Assembly (NCBI GenBank): GCA_963733465.1
Contig: CAVTDS010000001.1
Coordinates: 137,994-201,993, forward strand
Reading direction: 5' to 3'
DNA length: 64,000 nucleotides
Source of the DNA: Bryobacterales bacterium
GTDB taxonomy: Bacteria > Acidobacteriota > Terriglobia > Bryobacterales > Bryobacteraceae
Each line of letters opens with the position of its first letter. The stretch's first letter is position 1. The position numbers were made by a program, and so were the translations under genes. The notes beneath the pieces are model-generated. The model was not told the DNA's origin, ran no database searches, and was given only the letters and a program-made list of their open reading frames with translations. Below are positions 19,059 to 28,442 of the stretch, one piece after another.

Positions 19059-21040
19059 GGCTGCTTTCTCCTAACTGACCTAAACCAAACGTACCCGCAG
19101 AGCGCCGCGAACAGGGCCGCCGACACCAGTTGCGAAACGGCGTCGTGGTCGTAAAACGGCGTCTTGATCAAACTCTCGCGGTAACTGTGAAGCAGCCGCA
19201 GCGACGCTCCGAAGACGCCGCCGAGCGCCCCGCCCGCCATCAGGCCCGACGCGATGATGAGGCCTCGCTCGCGAATCGCCGCGCCGCGTTCGCCGCCCGC
19301 GCGCTCGGACCGCCTCCCTACGAAGTGCGCGAGGAAGCCACCCACCAGCGCCGGCGTGTTCAGCTCGAGCGGCAGGTACATGCCCAGCGCGAAGATCAGC
19401 GCAGGCACACCGAGCATCTCCATAACCAGCGCAATCATGCCTCCCGCGCCGAAAAGGACGTAGGCCACCGGCTGCTGGCTCATGAACCCCTGGACGAGCG
19501 CCTTCATGATGGACGCTTGCGGCGACGGCAGCAGCGGCCGCAAGTCGCCCGGCGCCAACTCGCCGAACTGATAGACCTTCGCCAGCCAGACGATGGCGAG
19601 GCCACTGGCGAGCGCGGCCGCGAGCACGCCCAGGAACTTCGCCTTCTCCTGCGCCGCGGGCGTGGATCCGAGCCAGTAGCCGGCCTTGAGGTCGGTAATG
19701 AACTGACCGGAAATCGAGAGCGCGGTGCACACGATTCCGGCGATGGTCATCACGAAAAACATGCCGGCGGTCCCAGAGAGGCCGAAGCGGAGCAGGACCA
19801 CCGAAGAGATGATGACGGTCAGCATCGTCATGCCGGAAACCGGATTGCGCGCCGTTGTGGCAATGGCGTTCGCCGCCACCGAAGCGAAGAAGAAGGAGAA
19901 CGCCAGCGTCATCGCCAGGCCGGCGGCAACGATGGCGAGCCCGCCCGAAAGCCGTCCCATCAGGACCGCCACCGCCAGGGCGCTCACCACGACGCCGAGC
20001 AGGATCGACATCAGCGGGATGTCGCGATCCGTGCGCTCCTGCCCCGGTCCCTCACCGCGCCGGAATGCGCGCGCCGCGATCGCAAACGAGCCCGCGACAA
20101 TTCGCAGAGATTTGACGATGCCGAAGACTCCCGCCGTCGCGATGGCGCCCACGCCGATGAAGCGCACATAGCCCTGGAAAATCTGCGCAGCCGTCATCCT
20201 GGCGATGGGCACGCTGGCCGGGTACACGGCGGTGTTCGGGAGATGACTGCCGATGAACCAGACCAGCGGCACCAGCACGAAGTTCGCGAGCACGCCCCCA
20301 CTGCACAGGATCATCGAGCTGCGCAGGCCCATCACATAGCCGAGGCCGAGAATGAATCCGACCGCATCGAACCGGAACACGGCCCTGGTGCGCTCGGTGA
20401 GCGCGCGCATGGCGGGGAGGAACTGGAAATCCAGGGTCTCCTTCCAAACCTGAAAGGTGGTGACGAAGAAGTCGTAGATGCCTGCGATCAGCGTGGCTTG
20501 AAGCAGCAGCCGGGCCTGCGAGCCGCCCGTCTCGCCGGTGACCAGCACCTCCGTGATGGCCGTGGCTTCCGGGTAGGGCAGCTTGCCGTGCATGTCGCGC
20601 ACGAAGTAGCGGCGCAGCGGGATCAGGAACAGCACGCCCAGGCAGCCGCCGGCCAGGCAGATGAAAACGGTTTCGACGGGGTGCGGATCGAGCTTCAGGA
20701 TGTAGAGCGCGGGGAGCGTGAAGATGGCGCCGGCCACCACACCACCGGCCGCGCCGCCCATACCCGTGATGATGACGTTCTCGAGCAGCGATGACCGGCG
20801 GCGGTAGGCTCGCGAGAGGCCGATGGCCAGGATCGAGATGGGAATCGCCGCCTCCATCACCTGACCGACCTTGAGGCCCGAGTAGGCCGAGGCGACGCTG
20901 AAGACGACGCACAGGAACGTGCCCCACAGCAGCGAGCGCCAGGTCAACTCCGGCAGCCGCGCCCCGGCCGGAACCATGGGCTCATAGACAGCTCCCGGCG
21001 CGAGCGGCTTATAAGCATCCTCCGGCAGCGTCTTGGTCAT
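19055..21040 (-). CDS. OPT family oligopeptide transporter
   Basis: Polytopic membrane protein starting MTKTLPEDAYKPLAPGAVYEPMVP...LTWRSLLWGTFLCVVFSVASAYSGLKVGQVMEAAIPISIL..., typical of the OPT superfamily. An alternative start lies at 21079. Confidence 0.85.
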   Translation of the reverse strand: MTKTLPEDAYKPLAPGAVYEPMVPAGARLPELTWRSLLWGTFLCVVFSVASAYSGLKVGQVMEAAIPISILAIGLSRAYRRRSSLLENVIITGMGGAAGGVVAGAIFTLPALYILKLDPHPVETVFICLAGGCLGVLFLIPLRRYFVRDMHGKLPYPEATAITEVLVTGETGGSQARLLLQATLIAGIYDFFVTTFQVWKETLDFQFLPAMRALTERTRAVFRFDAVGFILGLGYVMGLRSSMILCSGGVLANFVLVPLVWFIGSHLPNTAVYPASVPIARMTAAQIFQGYVRFIGVGAIATAGVFGIVKSLRIVAGSFAIAARAFRRGEGPGQERTDRDIPLMSILLGVVVSALAVAVLMGRLSGGLAIVAAGLAMTLAFSFFFASVAANAIATTARNPVSGMTMLTVIISSVVLLRFGLSGTAGMFFVMTIAGIVCTALSISGQFITDLKAGYWLGSTPAAQEKAKFLGVLAAALASGLAIVWLAKVYQFGELAPGDLRPLLPSPQASIMKALVQGFMSQQPVAYVLFGAGGMIALVMEMLGVPALIFALGMYLPLELNTPALVGGFLAHFVGRRSERAGGERGAAIRERGLIIASGLMAGGALGGVFGASLRLLHSYRESLIKTPFYDHDAVSQLVSAALFAALCGYVWFRSVRRKQP

Positions 21041-21098
21041 TGCCTTGACCCCCTGATGCGGGATTATAGCGCTCGCCATCGCTGCGCCGCCGCGCGAC

Positions 21099-21494
21099 TC
21101 AGGCTACCCGAACTCCCTGGTGCTCCGCCTCTTTCCGTAGGGCCGTGTCGGTGGTGAGGAGCACTGCGTCCTCGCGGCGCGCCAAGGCGAGGTAGAACAT
21201 ATCGTACGCGGGCCGGCGGGCGGTCCTGGCCAGCAGGAACGCCTCTCCGTATGTTTCCTTTGACGAAACCAGACTGTCCACCAAACCGAGCGCGGCCTCG
21301 ATGGCGCGGTCGCAGGCACCGAGGCTCAGGCGCTCGAAGTGATGGTACTTCCAGATCGTGTTCACAACCTCCGGCACGAACAGCTCGGGCGCCAGCACCA
21401 CATCCGCCTCGGCGAGGATTCCTGCCAGCCGCTCAGCCTGGCCGCGCCCGAGCACGACTTCGATAGCCGCGCTGGCGTCCAGAATAACCTTCAC
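21099..21494 (-). CDS. vapC: PIN-domain toxin VapC
   Basis: MKVILDASAAIE... with conserved acidic positions (D6, E in PELFVPEV, D in AYDMFY, D in LTTDTAL). Its start overlaps the antitoxin stop by 4 nt. Confidence 0.85.
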   Translation of the reverse strand: MKVILDASAAIEVVLGRGQAERLAGILAEADVVLAPELFVPEVVNTIWKYHHFERLSLGACDRAIEAALGLVDSLVSSKETYGEAFLLARTARRPAYDMFYLALARREDAVLLTTDTALRKEAEHQGVRVA

Positions 21495-21736
21495 CGCCGC
21501 CGATCCTTGCGAATCAGCTTAGCCGGATCGCTGAGCTTGCCGGTGTGGACCGGGGGGTTGGAACGAAGGGCCCCAAGGAGCGCCCGGCGGCGCGCCCTGG
21601 CATCCACATCCACATCGAGCCCTCGAGCCAGCACGGCGATCGCCTGCTGAGCGAGGCTGCGGCGCTCCCGGCCGGCCTGCTCCGCTAGCAGGCGGTAGAT
21701 GTGCTCGGGAACGTCTCTCACCTGAATCAGCGGCAT
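21491..21736 (-). CDS. vapB: ribbon-helix-helix antitoxin (VapB/FitA-like)
   Basis: MPLIQVRDVPEHIYRLLAEQAGRERRSLAQQAIAVLARGL. ATG at 21736 is preceded by AGGAGG. Confidence 0.75.
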   Translation of the reverse strand: MPLIQVRDVPEHIYRLLAEQAGRERRSLAQQAIAVLARGLDVDVDARARRRALLGALRSNPPVHTGKLSDPAKLIRKDRRR

Positions 21737-21753
21737 GGCGCCTCCTGCGGTCA

Positions 21754-21782
21754 ATTATGCCACCAAATGCATTATGCTGCAA
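21754..21782 (-). promoter_or_regulatory. candidate vapBC promoter
   Basis: Minus strand: TTGCAG(21782-21777)-N17-CATAAT(21759-21754), with a second GCATAAT copy inside the spacer. Confidence 0.35.
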
Positions 21783-21794
21783 AACGCAGGCACG

Positions 21795-23600
21795 CTACTT
21801 GCCCGGCGGCTGCACGGCGTTGTAGTAATCCCGCAGTACCCAGAACGCCAGCTTCTTGTTGCCGCGGTCGGAGACCAGGCCTTTGCGGTTGAAGAAATCC
21901 TGAATGCCCGGCAGCGCGCGGCGCGGCGAACGGAAGTCCATCAGGATCCAAGCCGTTGTGCCAGTGAGAAACGGAATTCGCTTGAACATCGCGACCTGAT
22001 GGCGGTACACGTTCGCCTGAAACTCCTCGGTCCAGGCCGTCATGTCGTCGCCGTGCAGACCCTCCAGCGCCGCGGCGCCGAATTCGCTGAACACGAACGG
22101 CTTGTTGTAAGTGGTCTTCCACTCGGCCTGGTCCGGCCTGTCCGGAGCGCCAACGTACCAGCCCAGATACTCGTTGCAAGCGACCACGTCGAGGTGCTCG
22201 CCCAGCGGGTCGTCCACCATCATGGTCCCGCCGAGGTAATGGATCTCGAGCGCCGCCGTGATCAGCCGGGTGGGGTCGAGCTCACGCGCCCGCTCAGCCA
22301 GCGCGCTCATGAACTTCAACCGCGCATCCACCCGAGGCGTCTCGTTCCCCACCGACCACAAAATCACGGAAGCCCGGTTCTTATCCCGCGCGATCATCTC
22401 CTCCAACTGGTGCTGGGCGTTGTCGAAGGTCACTGGGTTCTCCCACTCGATGGTCCAGTAGACCGGAATCTCCGACCACACCAGCAGGCCCATCTCATCC
22501 GCCATCCGCGTCATCGCCTCATCGTGCGGATAATGCGCCAGGCGGACGAAGTTGCAGCCCAGCTCTTTGGCCCAGCCGAGCAGAGTGCGCGCTTCCGCCT
22601 CGTCGAACACTCGCCCCGTGCGGATGGGCGCCTCGGAATGGATTGAAGCGCCGCGAAGGAAGATCGGCTTGCCGTTCAGCAGAATCTGCCGCCCTGAGGT
22701 CTCGATAGAGCGAAATCCGATGCGGTCCTTGACCTGGTCCGATTCGGCCTCGATGGAAACGTCGTAGAGCTTCGGATTCTCCGGCGACCACAGAGCAAGC
22801 TTGGCGTCGAAGGCGATCCGCGCATAGCCGCTCGCATCCGTCTGAACGCTAGTATCCACGCCGGCCTCGGGAATCTTCACCGTGACGTTCTGTTCCTTGT
22901 GCGGTCCGTCGAGCCGCACCCAGCCGGCGATCCGGCTCCGCGAGCCCTTTTCAAGCTGCACGAAATAGTCCGAGACGAAGGTCTCCGGCAGGTCCACCAA
23001 TCGCACCTGGCGCGTGAGCCCTCCATAGTTCCACCAGTCGGTGTTCACCGTGGGCACGCCCTCGCGATGGCGCGTGTCGTCCACTCTGACGATGAGGAAA
23101 TTCCCTTTCTCTTTCACGAGGCCAGTGATCTCGAACTGGAAGGGAGTAAAACCGCCTACGTGCTCGCCAAGCAGCTTGCCGTTCAGAAAGACGATCGCGT
23201 CGTAATTGGCCGCGCCAAACCACACGAAGAGACGACGGCCGGGGCGCAGTCGATAGTCGAAGTCGTGCTTGTACCAAAGGGTGCCCTCGTAGAGAAACAG
23301 CTCGGGCCGCTGCGTGTTCCAATCGCCGGGCACCTCGAGCTGGGGCGACGTATCGAAATCGTATTCGACGTGCTCGCTTTTCGACTGCGGCTTCCTGTTG
23401 GCGGCCCAACCGCCGCCCGGCAGCGGCTCGTGCCGATAGTCGAAGTAGCCGTTGTCGTACGGGTCCACGAGGGTCCGCCACGGCCCGTTGAGCGTGATGT
23501 TCTGGCGCGCGGCCACGTTCTGGATCAGATCCACTGGGGGCGCGGCCACGGCGACGGCGCCGATCGTACAAATCATGGCGATCAGTCTCCCGGCTCTCAT
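21795..23600 (-). CDS. GH2 family glycoside hydrolase (beta-glucuronidase/beta-galactosidase/beta-mannosidase-like)
   Basis: Signal peptide MRAGRLIAMICTIGAVAVAA. ...VPGDWNTQ...YEGTLWYKHDF..., ...ILWSVGNETP... (acid/base NE) and ...FVFSEFGAAAL (nucleophile). I trimmed track ORF 21795..23789 to the ATG at 23600. Confidence 0.85.
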   Translation of the reverse strand: MRAGRLIAMICTIGAVAVAAPPVDLIQNVAARQNITLNGPWRTLVDPYDNGYFDYRHEPLPGGGWAANRKPQSKSEHVEYDFDTSPQLEVPGDWNTQRPELFLYEGTLWYKHDFDYRLRPGRRLFVWFGAANYDAIVFLNGKLLGEHVGGFTPFQFEITGLVKEKGNFLIVRVDDTRHREGVPTVNTDWWNYGGLTRQVRLVDLPETFVSDYFVQLEKGSRSRIAGWVRLDGPHKEQNVTVKIPEAGVDTSVQTDASGYARIAFDAKLALWSPENPKLYDVSIEAESDQVKDRIGFRSIETSGRQILLNGKPIFLRGASIHSEAPIRTGRVFDEAEARTLLGWAKELGCNFVRLAHYPHDEAMTRMADEMGLLVWSEIPVYWTIEWENPVTFDNAQHQLEEMIARDKNRASVILWSVGNETPRVDARLKFMSALAERARELDPTRLITAALEIHYLGGTMMVDDPLGEHLDVVACNEYLGWYVGAPDRPDQAEWKTTYNKPFVFSEFGAAALEGLHGDDMTAWTEEFQANVYRHQVAMFKRIPFLTGTTAWILMDFRSPRRALPGIQDFFNRKGLVSDRGNKKLAFWVLRDYYNAVQPPGK

Positions 23601-23602
23601 CT

Positions 23603-26600
23603 TCAGTTTCCTTTCGCGAAGGTTACCTTCAGCGTCTTGATCTCGTAAGCCCCGGTGGGAACCGCCACTCCGGTCCCACCCGCGTCGAGCTGCACCGCGT
23701 GAAGCGGCCTCTCCATGAGGTCCGTTTCTTCCACGCCGATGGCCTTGGCGGGAAGCCGCAGGTGGATGTCGCCCTTCTTGCCCGCCCATTCGTAGAACCG
23801 AATCACCAGCCCGTCGTCATCCTCGGCCCTCTTGACCGCCGTCACCACGACGTTGTCTTCAGCGGCTTCGAGAAAGGAATGCTCCGCCGCGAGCGCGCCA
23901 GGGTGGCTCGCCGCCGCGACCGTCAGCAGCGGGTAGTTCAGCTCGAAGCCCCGGCGGACCGTTTCCGCCTCACGCCAGCCGCCGCCGTGCGGATAAAGCG
24001 AGTAGGTGAATTCGTGATGACCCTCGTCGGCGTGCGGATCGGGCCATTCCGGCGACCGCAGCAGCGAAAGCCGCAGCACATTGCCTTTGGCATCGTATCC
24101 GTACTTGCAGTCGTTCAGAAGGCTGAACCCGTGTGAGGCGTCGGAAAGGTCGGCCCACTGCAGCGCGGGGACTTCGAACTTCGCCTGCTCGGCGGGCGTG
24201 CGCCGCGTGGTCGGCCGCTCGATGGAGCCGTAAGGAATCTCGAACGTGGCCTTGTCATTCGTTGCGCTGAGCGGGAACGCCACCTTCAGCAGGATGTGCT
24301 TCTCGTGCCACTCCGCTTGCATCTTCACGTCGACCCGCGGCACGCCCGCGTACAACGTGATGTCGCGAACGAAGGTCGAATTCTGGTAATGGTTCTTCAC
24401 CCGGATGACGGCGCGCAGCGGGCCACTCTCGATAAGCTTCACTTCGTCCGCCTGGTTCAGGTCCCAGTGCTGCTTCTCGAAATCGGCGTCGATGTTCCAG
24501 GCGTCCCACTGCTTGGGCTTGTCGACGAAGGTCTGGAGCAGGTTGCCGCAAGCGCCCGGCGCGAGCGCTTCGGTGCCGCTGCGCTTGTCGAACAGGCTGA
24601 TCATGCAGCCGGTCTTGGGATCGATTTTGACGCGGAGGGATTCGTTCTCGAGGGTGTCGGCGGTGGCGTGGAGGGCGGGCCGCTGCGCCGCGTAGACTTC
24701 AGGTATCAGGTGGAGCGTCGCGTACCCGAGCGCCGGCACGGAGACCAGTACGAGGCGACGCCCGCCGGGCAGGACCTGGGCGACGGAGGCTTTGCCAGCC
24801 GCGTCCAGGACGAAGCCGTCGTGCCCGGCGCTGGGGGGCAACTGGACCTCGACAATATCGGTGCGGGGCCAAGCCATGGGATTAAAGACCACCACGGGGT
24901 CGCCGCCCACGCTACTCGTGTCCACGCGCTCCGCGATGTTCTCCAGCGCGCCGTTGAGCGCCTCGCCGCCCATCCGCCCGACGTCTTCCAGGTTCAGCCT
25001 CGCGTCCTCGTAATTCTGCGCGATGCCCGAGCCGGGCATGATGTCGTGGAATTGGTCGAACAGCAGCCGCTTCCAGGCCTGATCGAGAGGCGCGGCCGTG
25101 CCCGCCAGCGACGAAAACTTCTCCGCATTCAGCAGCAGCTCTTCAGTTCGGCGAATGCGCTTCTTGGTCTCCGCCTGCGTGGTCTGCACGCCGCGATGAA
25201 ATTCCAGATACAGCTCGTCGCGCCACACCGGAACGTTCAGGCTGGGCAGCTTCTTCTCGATGTCGCTGAAGAAGCCGGCCGCCGTGCCGAACTTCAGCGT
25301 GGGGAACACCGTGCCCGGCGCCTGGAGCCGCAGCGCCATATCGAGCATCGTTCGCGTGGGCCCTCCGCCGTGATCGCCCACGCCGTATAGGTGCATCATC
25401 TCGCCGCCCAGCGCCGGCGCGTACGCCGCCAGGTCGTTCGTCATCCTGACCGGGTCCATGCTGTTGCCGTAGTCGTGCGGGAAGTAAGTCAGGATGCGGC
25501 TGCCGTCGGGCGCTTCCCACCAGAACAGTTTGTGCGGAATCTTCGTGGTGTCGTTCCAGTAGATCTTCTGCGTTACGAAATAGTCCATCCCGCACTTCTT
25601 GTAAATCTGCGGCAACTGCCAGTTGTAGCCGAACGAATCCGGGTTCCAGCCGACCTTCACGTCCACGCCGAATTTCTGCTGGAAGTAACGCTTGCCCAGC
25701 ATCACCTGCCGCACCAGCGATTCTCCGCTGGGCAGGTTGAGGTCCGGTTCCACCCACATCCCGCCGACGATCTCCCAGCGGCCCTCCTTCACGCGCTGCT
25801 GAATCTCGCGGAACAGGCCCGGATATTTCTCTTCCATCCACACATAGGCCTGCGCCGTGCTCGCGCTGAAGGTGAAGTCCGGGTACTCGCGCATCAGGTC
25901 CAGCGCACTGCGAAACGTGTTGCGCACCACTTCGACGGTCTCCGTCCACGGCCACAGCCATGCCATGTCGATATGGGAATTGCCGGTCGCGATGACGGTG
26001 AGCCGCTTCAGCGTGGGATTTAGGGATTCGAGCTTCGCCTGCGCCCGCACGAGCGAGCCGTCGAAGGCCTCCTGGTCGCCGCGGTCGAGCGCGCCGGCGT
26101 CAATGGCGTTCACCGCTGCGGCGAGAGTCCCGTCACCCGGCGCCACCAGCGGAATCGCCGAGAGGATCTCCATTCGCAGCAGGCCGGGATCGGGACGGCC
26201 CGGCGGCGGCTCGATCGTCAGCGCCGCGCGCTCGATCCACGTCTTGACGTCATTCGCATCCACGCGCACGGCAATCAGGAACCTCTGGCCGGGCACGGCC
26301 GCCTCGGTTAGCACGATCGGCTGCTGCATGTCCCCGTCGGTCCGCGCCACAATCGACCCGTTCGAGAACACCGTCAGCATCTCGGCCTCGTCGCTCCCGA
26401 CGTTCAGGTCCAGCTTCACGCGCGCGCCGCGAATCGCGTAGCCACCCACCTTCTCTGGGATCTCCACCCACTGGCGTAGCACGCGCGGGCCATTCCAGCG
26501 GACGCCGGTCATCACGATCTCCCAGGCGGAATCGTCGAGGGCCGCATCTTCGGGATGCGCGACATCCGCGTGGCTGCGCCATTCCGGAAGCGCCAGTTGA

Positions 26601-26716
26601 GTGACAGCTTCGAGGCGGGTCAGCGCCGGCGCCCACGCATCGGGAACCGCAGGAGTCTGGGCGGCCACCGCGGACACCATCAGCAGGGGCATTACGAACG
26701 GAAGAAGCGGTCTCAT
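23603..26716 (-). CDS. GH38 family alpha-mannosidase
   Basis: ...ATGNSHIDMAWLWPWTETVEVVRNTF...GGMWVEPDLNLPSGESLVRQ...GWNPDSFGY... 1037 aa with a signal peptide. Its stop lies 2 nt upstream of the GH2 start. Confidence 0.9.
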   Translation of the reverse strand: MRPLLPFVMPLLMVSAVAAQTPAVPDAWAPALTRLEAVTQLALPEWRSHADVAHPEDAALDDSAWEIVMTGVRWNGPRVLRQWVEIPEKVGGYAIRGARVKLDLNVGSDEAEMLTVFSNGSIVARTDGDMQQPIVLTEAAVPGQRFLIAVRVDANDVKTWIERAALTIEPPPGRPDPGLLRMEILSAIPLVAPGDGTLAAAVNAIDAGALDRGDQEAFDGSLVRAQAKLESLNPTLKRLTVIATGNSHIDMAWLWPWTETVEVVRNTFRSALDLMREYPDFTFSASTAQAYVWMEEKYPGLFREIQQRVKEGRWEIVGGMWVEPDLNLPSGESLVRQVMLGKRYFQQKFGVDVKVGWNPDSFGYNWQLPQIYKKCGMDYFVTQKIYWNDTTKIPHKLFWWEAPDGSRILTYFPHDYGNSMDPVRMTNDLAAYAPALGGEMMHLYGVGDHGGGPTRTMLDMALRLQAPGTVFPTLKFGTAAGFFSDIEKKLPSLNVPVWRDELYLEFHRGVQTTQAETKKRIRRTEELLLNAEKFSSLAGTAAPLDQAWKRLLFDQFHDIMPGSGIAQNYEDARLNLEDVGRMGGEALNGALENIAERVDTSSVGGDPVVVFNPMAWPRTDIVEVQLPPSAGHDGFVLDAAGKASVAQVLPGGRRLVLVSVPALGYATLHLIPEVYAAQRPALHATADTLENESLRVKIDPKTGCMISLFDKRSGTEALAPGACGNLLQTFVDKPKQWDAWNIDADFEKQHWDLNQADEVKLIESGPLRAVIRVKNHYQNSTFVRDITLYAGVPRVDVKMQAEWHEKHILLKVAFPLSATNDKATFEIPYGSIERPTTRRTPAEQAKFEVPALQWADLSDASHGFSLLNDCKYGYDAKGNVLRLSLLRSPEWPDPHADEGHHEFTYSLYPHGGGWREAETVRRGFELNYPLLTVAAASHPGALAAEHSFLEAAEDNVVVTAVKRAEDDDGLVIRFYEWAGKKGDIHLRLPAKAIGVEETDLMERPLHAVQLDAGGTGVAVPTGAYEIKTLKVTFAKGN

Positions 26717-27020
26717 TGCCTAACAGCTTATCGCGATGCGCACATGTGCGCCGGCGGCGGAACGCAACTCCGGCCTGTCCTGAAGGCGGGCGGCGTGCCC
26801 CTGCCGCTCTCCCCCGGCGCCCGTCCCCTATTACGGCGAGATACGTACTAATATCTAATGAGGAGCGAAACCCCACCGTGAACGCGGCCATCGGCCGCGA
26901 GCGCTCGGGTTCGAGGCCGGTCCCGGCAAGAGAGACGTGCGCTGGAGGGCCGGATACGGTGCACCAGCGCTGTGCGCGATCGAGTCGCCCCACGAGTCTT
27001 CTAGATACGAAAGGACGTGC

Positions 27021-28397
27021 ATGTCACTAACAAAGGGCCTCACCTATAAGGACTTCGGACTGGCGCAGGATCCATTCCCCGAAGTATCCCAACCCATCGC
27101 CTTCGGCGGAATCGGCAGCAAGAACCCCCTGAGCTTCGGCTGCTACAACGCCACCGAGACAATCCACAGCAAGACCATGGCGGAGCACCTGCCGTTTGCG
27201 GGCGCCAAGTGGCATTTCGATAACCCGCTCGCCGACATGTTCGGCCCCGGCACTGCGATCCAGCCGTGGGATGACGGAAGCGGCACGCTGCAGAACACCG
27301 AGCGCAAGCTCCAGGCATTTTTCTACATGCTCTACCTGTTGGGCATCCGCAACTGGTGCTGGCACGACTTCGATTGCCTGCCGAAGTCCGGCAGCCTTCC
27401 GGAGTTCCTCGAGAACCTGGACAAGGTCCTACCGATCATGGAGAAGCTCCAGAAGCTCAGCGGAATCGAGTGCGGCTGGACCACTCAGAACCTGTTCTCG
27501 CTACCGCTCTATCGCGAGGGCGCCTCGACGGCTAACCAGGCCGGCGTGTACGCTCATGCCTGGGGCCAGACCAAGAAGATGCTCGAAGTCGGCAAGCGGC
27601 TGGGCGCGAAGAACCACGTGTTTTGGGGCGGCCGTGAAGGCTACAACCACCTGCTCGCCACCATGTTGGGTGCGGAGCAGAAGCACCTGGCGAGCTTCCT
27701 CCACATGGCGGTCGACTACGCGAAGAAGATCGGCTTCACCGGTCAGTTCCTCATCGAGCCGAAGCCCCACGAGCCGAGCACGTTCCAGTACGACCACTCG
27801 GCCCTGGTGGTTGTCGCCTTCCTGGTTGGGTCCGGCCTGGACAAGGACTTCAAGCTCAATATCGAGACGAACCACGCGCAACTCGCCGGCTTCACGGTGA
27901 TGCACGAGCTCACCGTGGCGCAGGAACACGGCATGGTTGGCGGCGTCGATGTGAACGAGGGCACGTTTGGGAACGGCTGGGACACCGACCGCTTCCTGGG
28001 CGATCCCTTAATCGCGTTCGAGATCATGCACCCGGTGCTCAAGGCCGGCGGCCTGGGAAGCGGCGTGTTCAATTTCGACGCGCACCGCTACCGCTCGAGC
28101 TTCGCGCCGATCGACCTGATTCACGCCCACATCCTCGGCATGGACGCGATCGCCTGGGGGTTGCGCACAGCCGTTGTGGTCGCCGAAGACGGCGAACTCG
28201 AGAAGGCCATTCAGGCTCGTTACGAGTCCTGGAAGTCCGATCTCGGCAAGAAGATCGAATCGGGGAAGGCCAGCTTCGATGAAATCGCCGCCGAAGGCGC
28301 CAAGGTGCCGTGGCAGCTTACGCCGGCGCAGAGCAGCCATCACGAGGCGCTGCGCTCCCTCGTGCTCCGTGCGATGATGCGCGCCGTCCGCGGTTAG
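27021..28397 (+). CDS. xylA: xylose isomerase (class II)
   Basis: WCWHDFD, VFWGGREGY, LIEPKPHEP, NIETNHAQLAG, GWDTDRF and NFDAH match the XylA signature blocks. Start taken at the ATG at 27021 (MSLTKGL...). Confidence 0.85.
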   Translation: MSLTKGLTYKDFGLAQDPFPEVSQPIAFGGIGSKNPLSFGCYNATETIHSKTMAEHLPFAGAKWHFDNPLADMFGPGTAIQPWDDGSGTLQNTERKLQAFFYMLYLLGIRNWCWHDFDCLPKSGSLPEFLENLDKVLPIMEKLQKLSGIECGWTTQNLFSLPLYREGASTANQAGVYAHAWGQTKKMLEVGKRLGAKNHVFWGGREGYNHLLATMLGAEQKHLASFLHMAVDYAKKIGFTGQFLIEPKPHEPSTFQYDHSALVVVAFLVGSGLDKDFKLNIETNHAQLAGFTVMHELTVAQEHGMVGGVDVNEGTFGNGWDTDRFLGDPLIAFEIMHPVLKAGGLGSGVFNFDAHRYRSSFAPIDLIHAHILGMDAIAWGLRTAVVVAEDGELEKAIQARYESWKSDLGKKIESGKASFDEIAAEGAKVPWQLTPAQSSHHEALRSLVLRAMMRAVRG

Positions 28398-28409
28398 GCC
28401 GTTTCGGGG

Positions 28410-28427
28410 ACCGGCTTGCGCAAGCCG
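28410..28427. terminator. GC-rich palindromic hairpin between convergent xylA and the aldo/keto reductase gene (no T-tract)
   Basis: ccggcttg-cg-caagccgg, read directly from the sequence. Confidence 0.35.
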
Positions 28428-28442
28428 GCCGGTCCTCCTCAC

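Noticed and set aside
19130-20794. Long antisense ORFs. Examples are 19130-20794(+), 5708-6772(+), 32796-34283(-), 49305-50894(+), 52028-53377(-), 58810-60351(+) and 57463-58674(+).
   Set aside because: Each lies opposite a gene with strong family motifs (OPT, ppc, leuA, TPR, folC, activase). All have the Arg/Gly/Asp/His-rich composition typical of out-of-frame or antisense reading in high-GC DNA.
26895-26935. GGGTTCGAGGCC, resembling a tRNA T-loop (GGTTCGAnnCC), in the GH38/xylA intergenic region
   Set aside because: The flanking bases cannot form a 5-bp T-stem, and no acceptor, D or anticodon arms can be drawn around it.
27021-28397. Possibility that the xylose isomerase is degenerate (NIETNHAQLAGF instead of ...LAGH, WDTDRF instead of WDTDQF)
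   Set aside because: All metal-ligand and catalytic blocks I can recall (WHD, GGREGY, EPKP, NIE-NH, D-x-N, WDTD, NFDA) are present. The differences lie at positions I cannot show to be essential.
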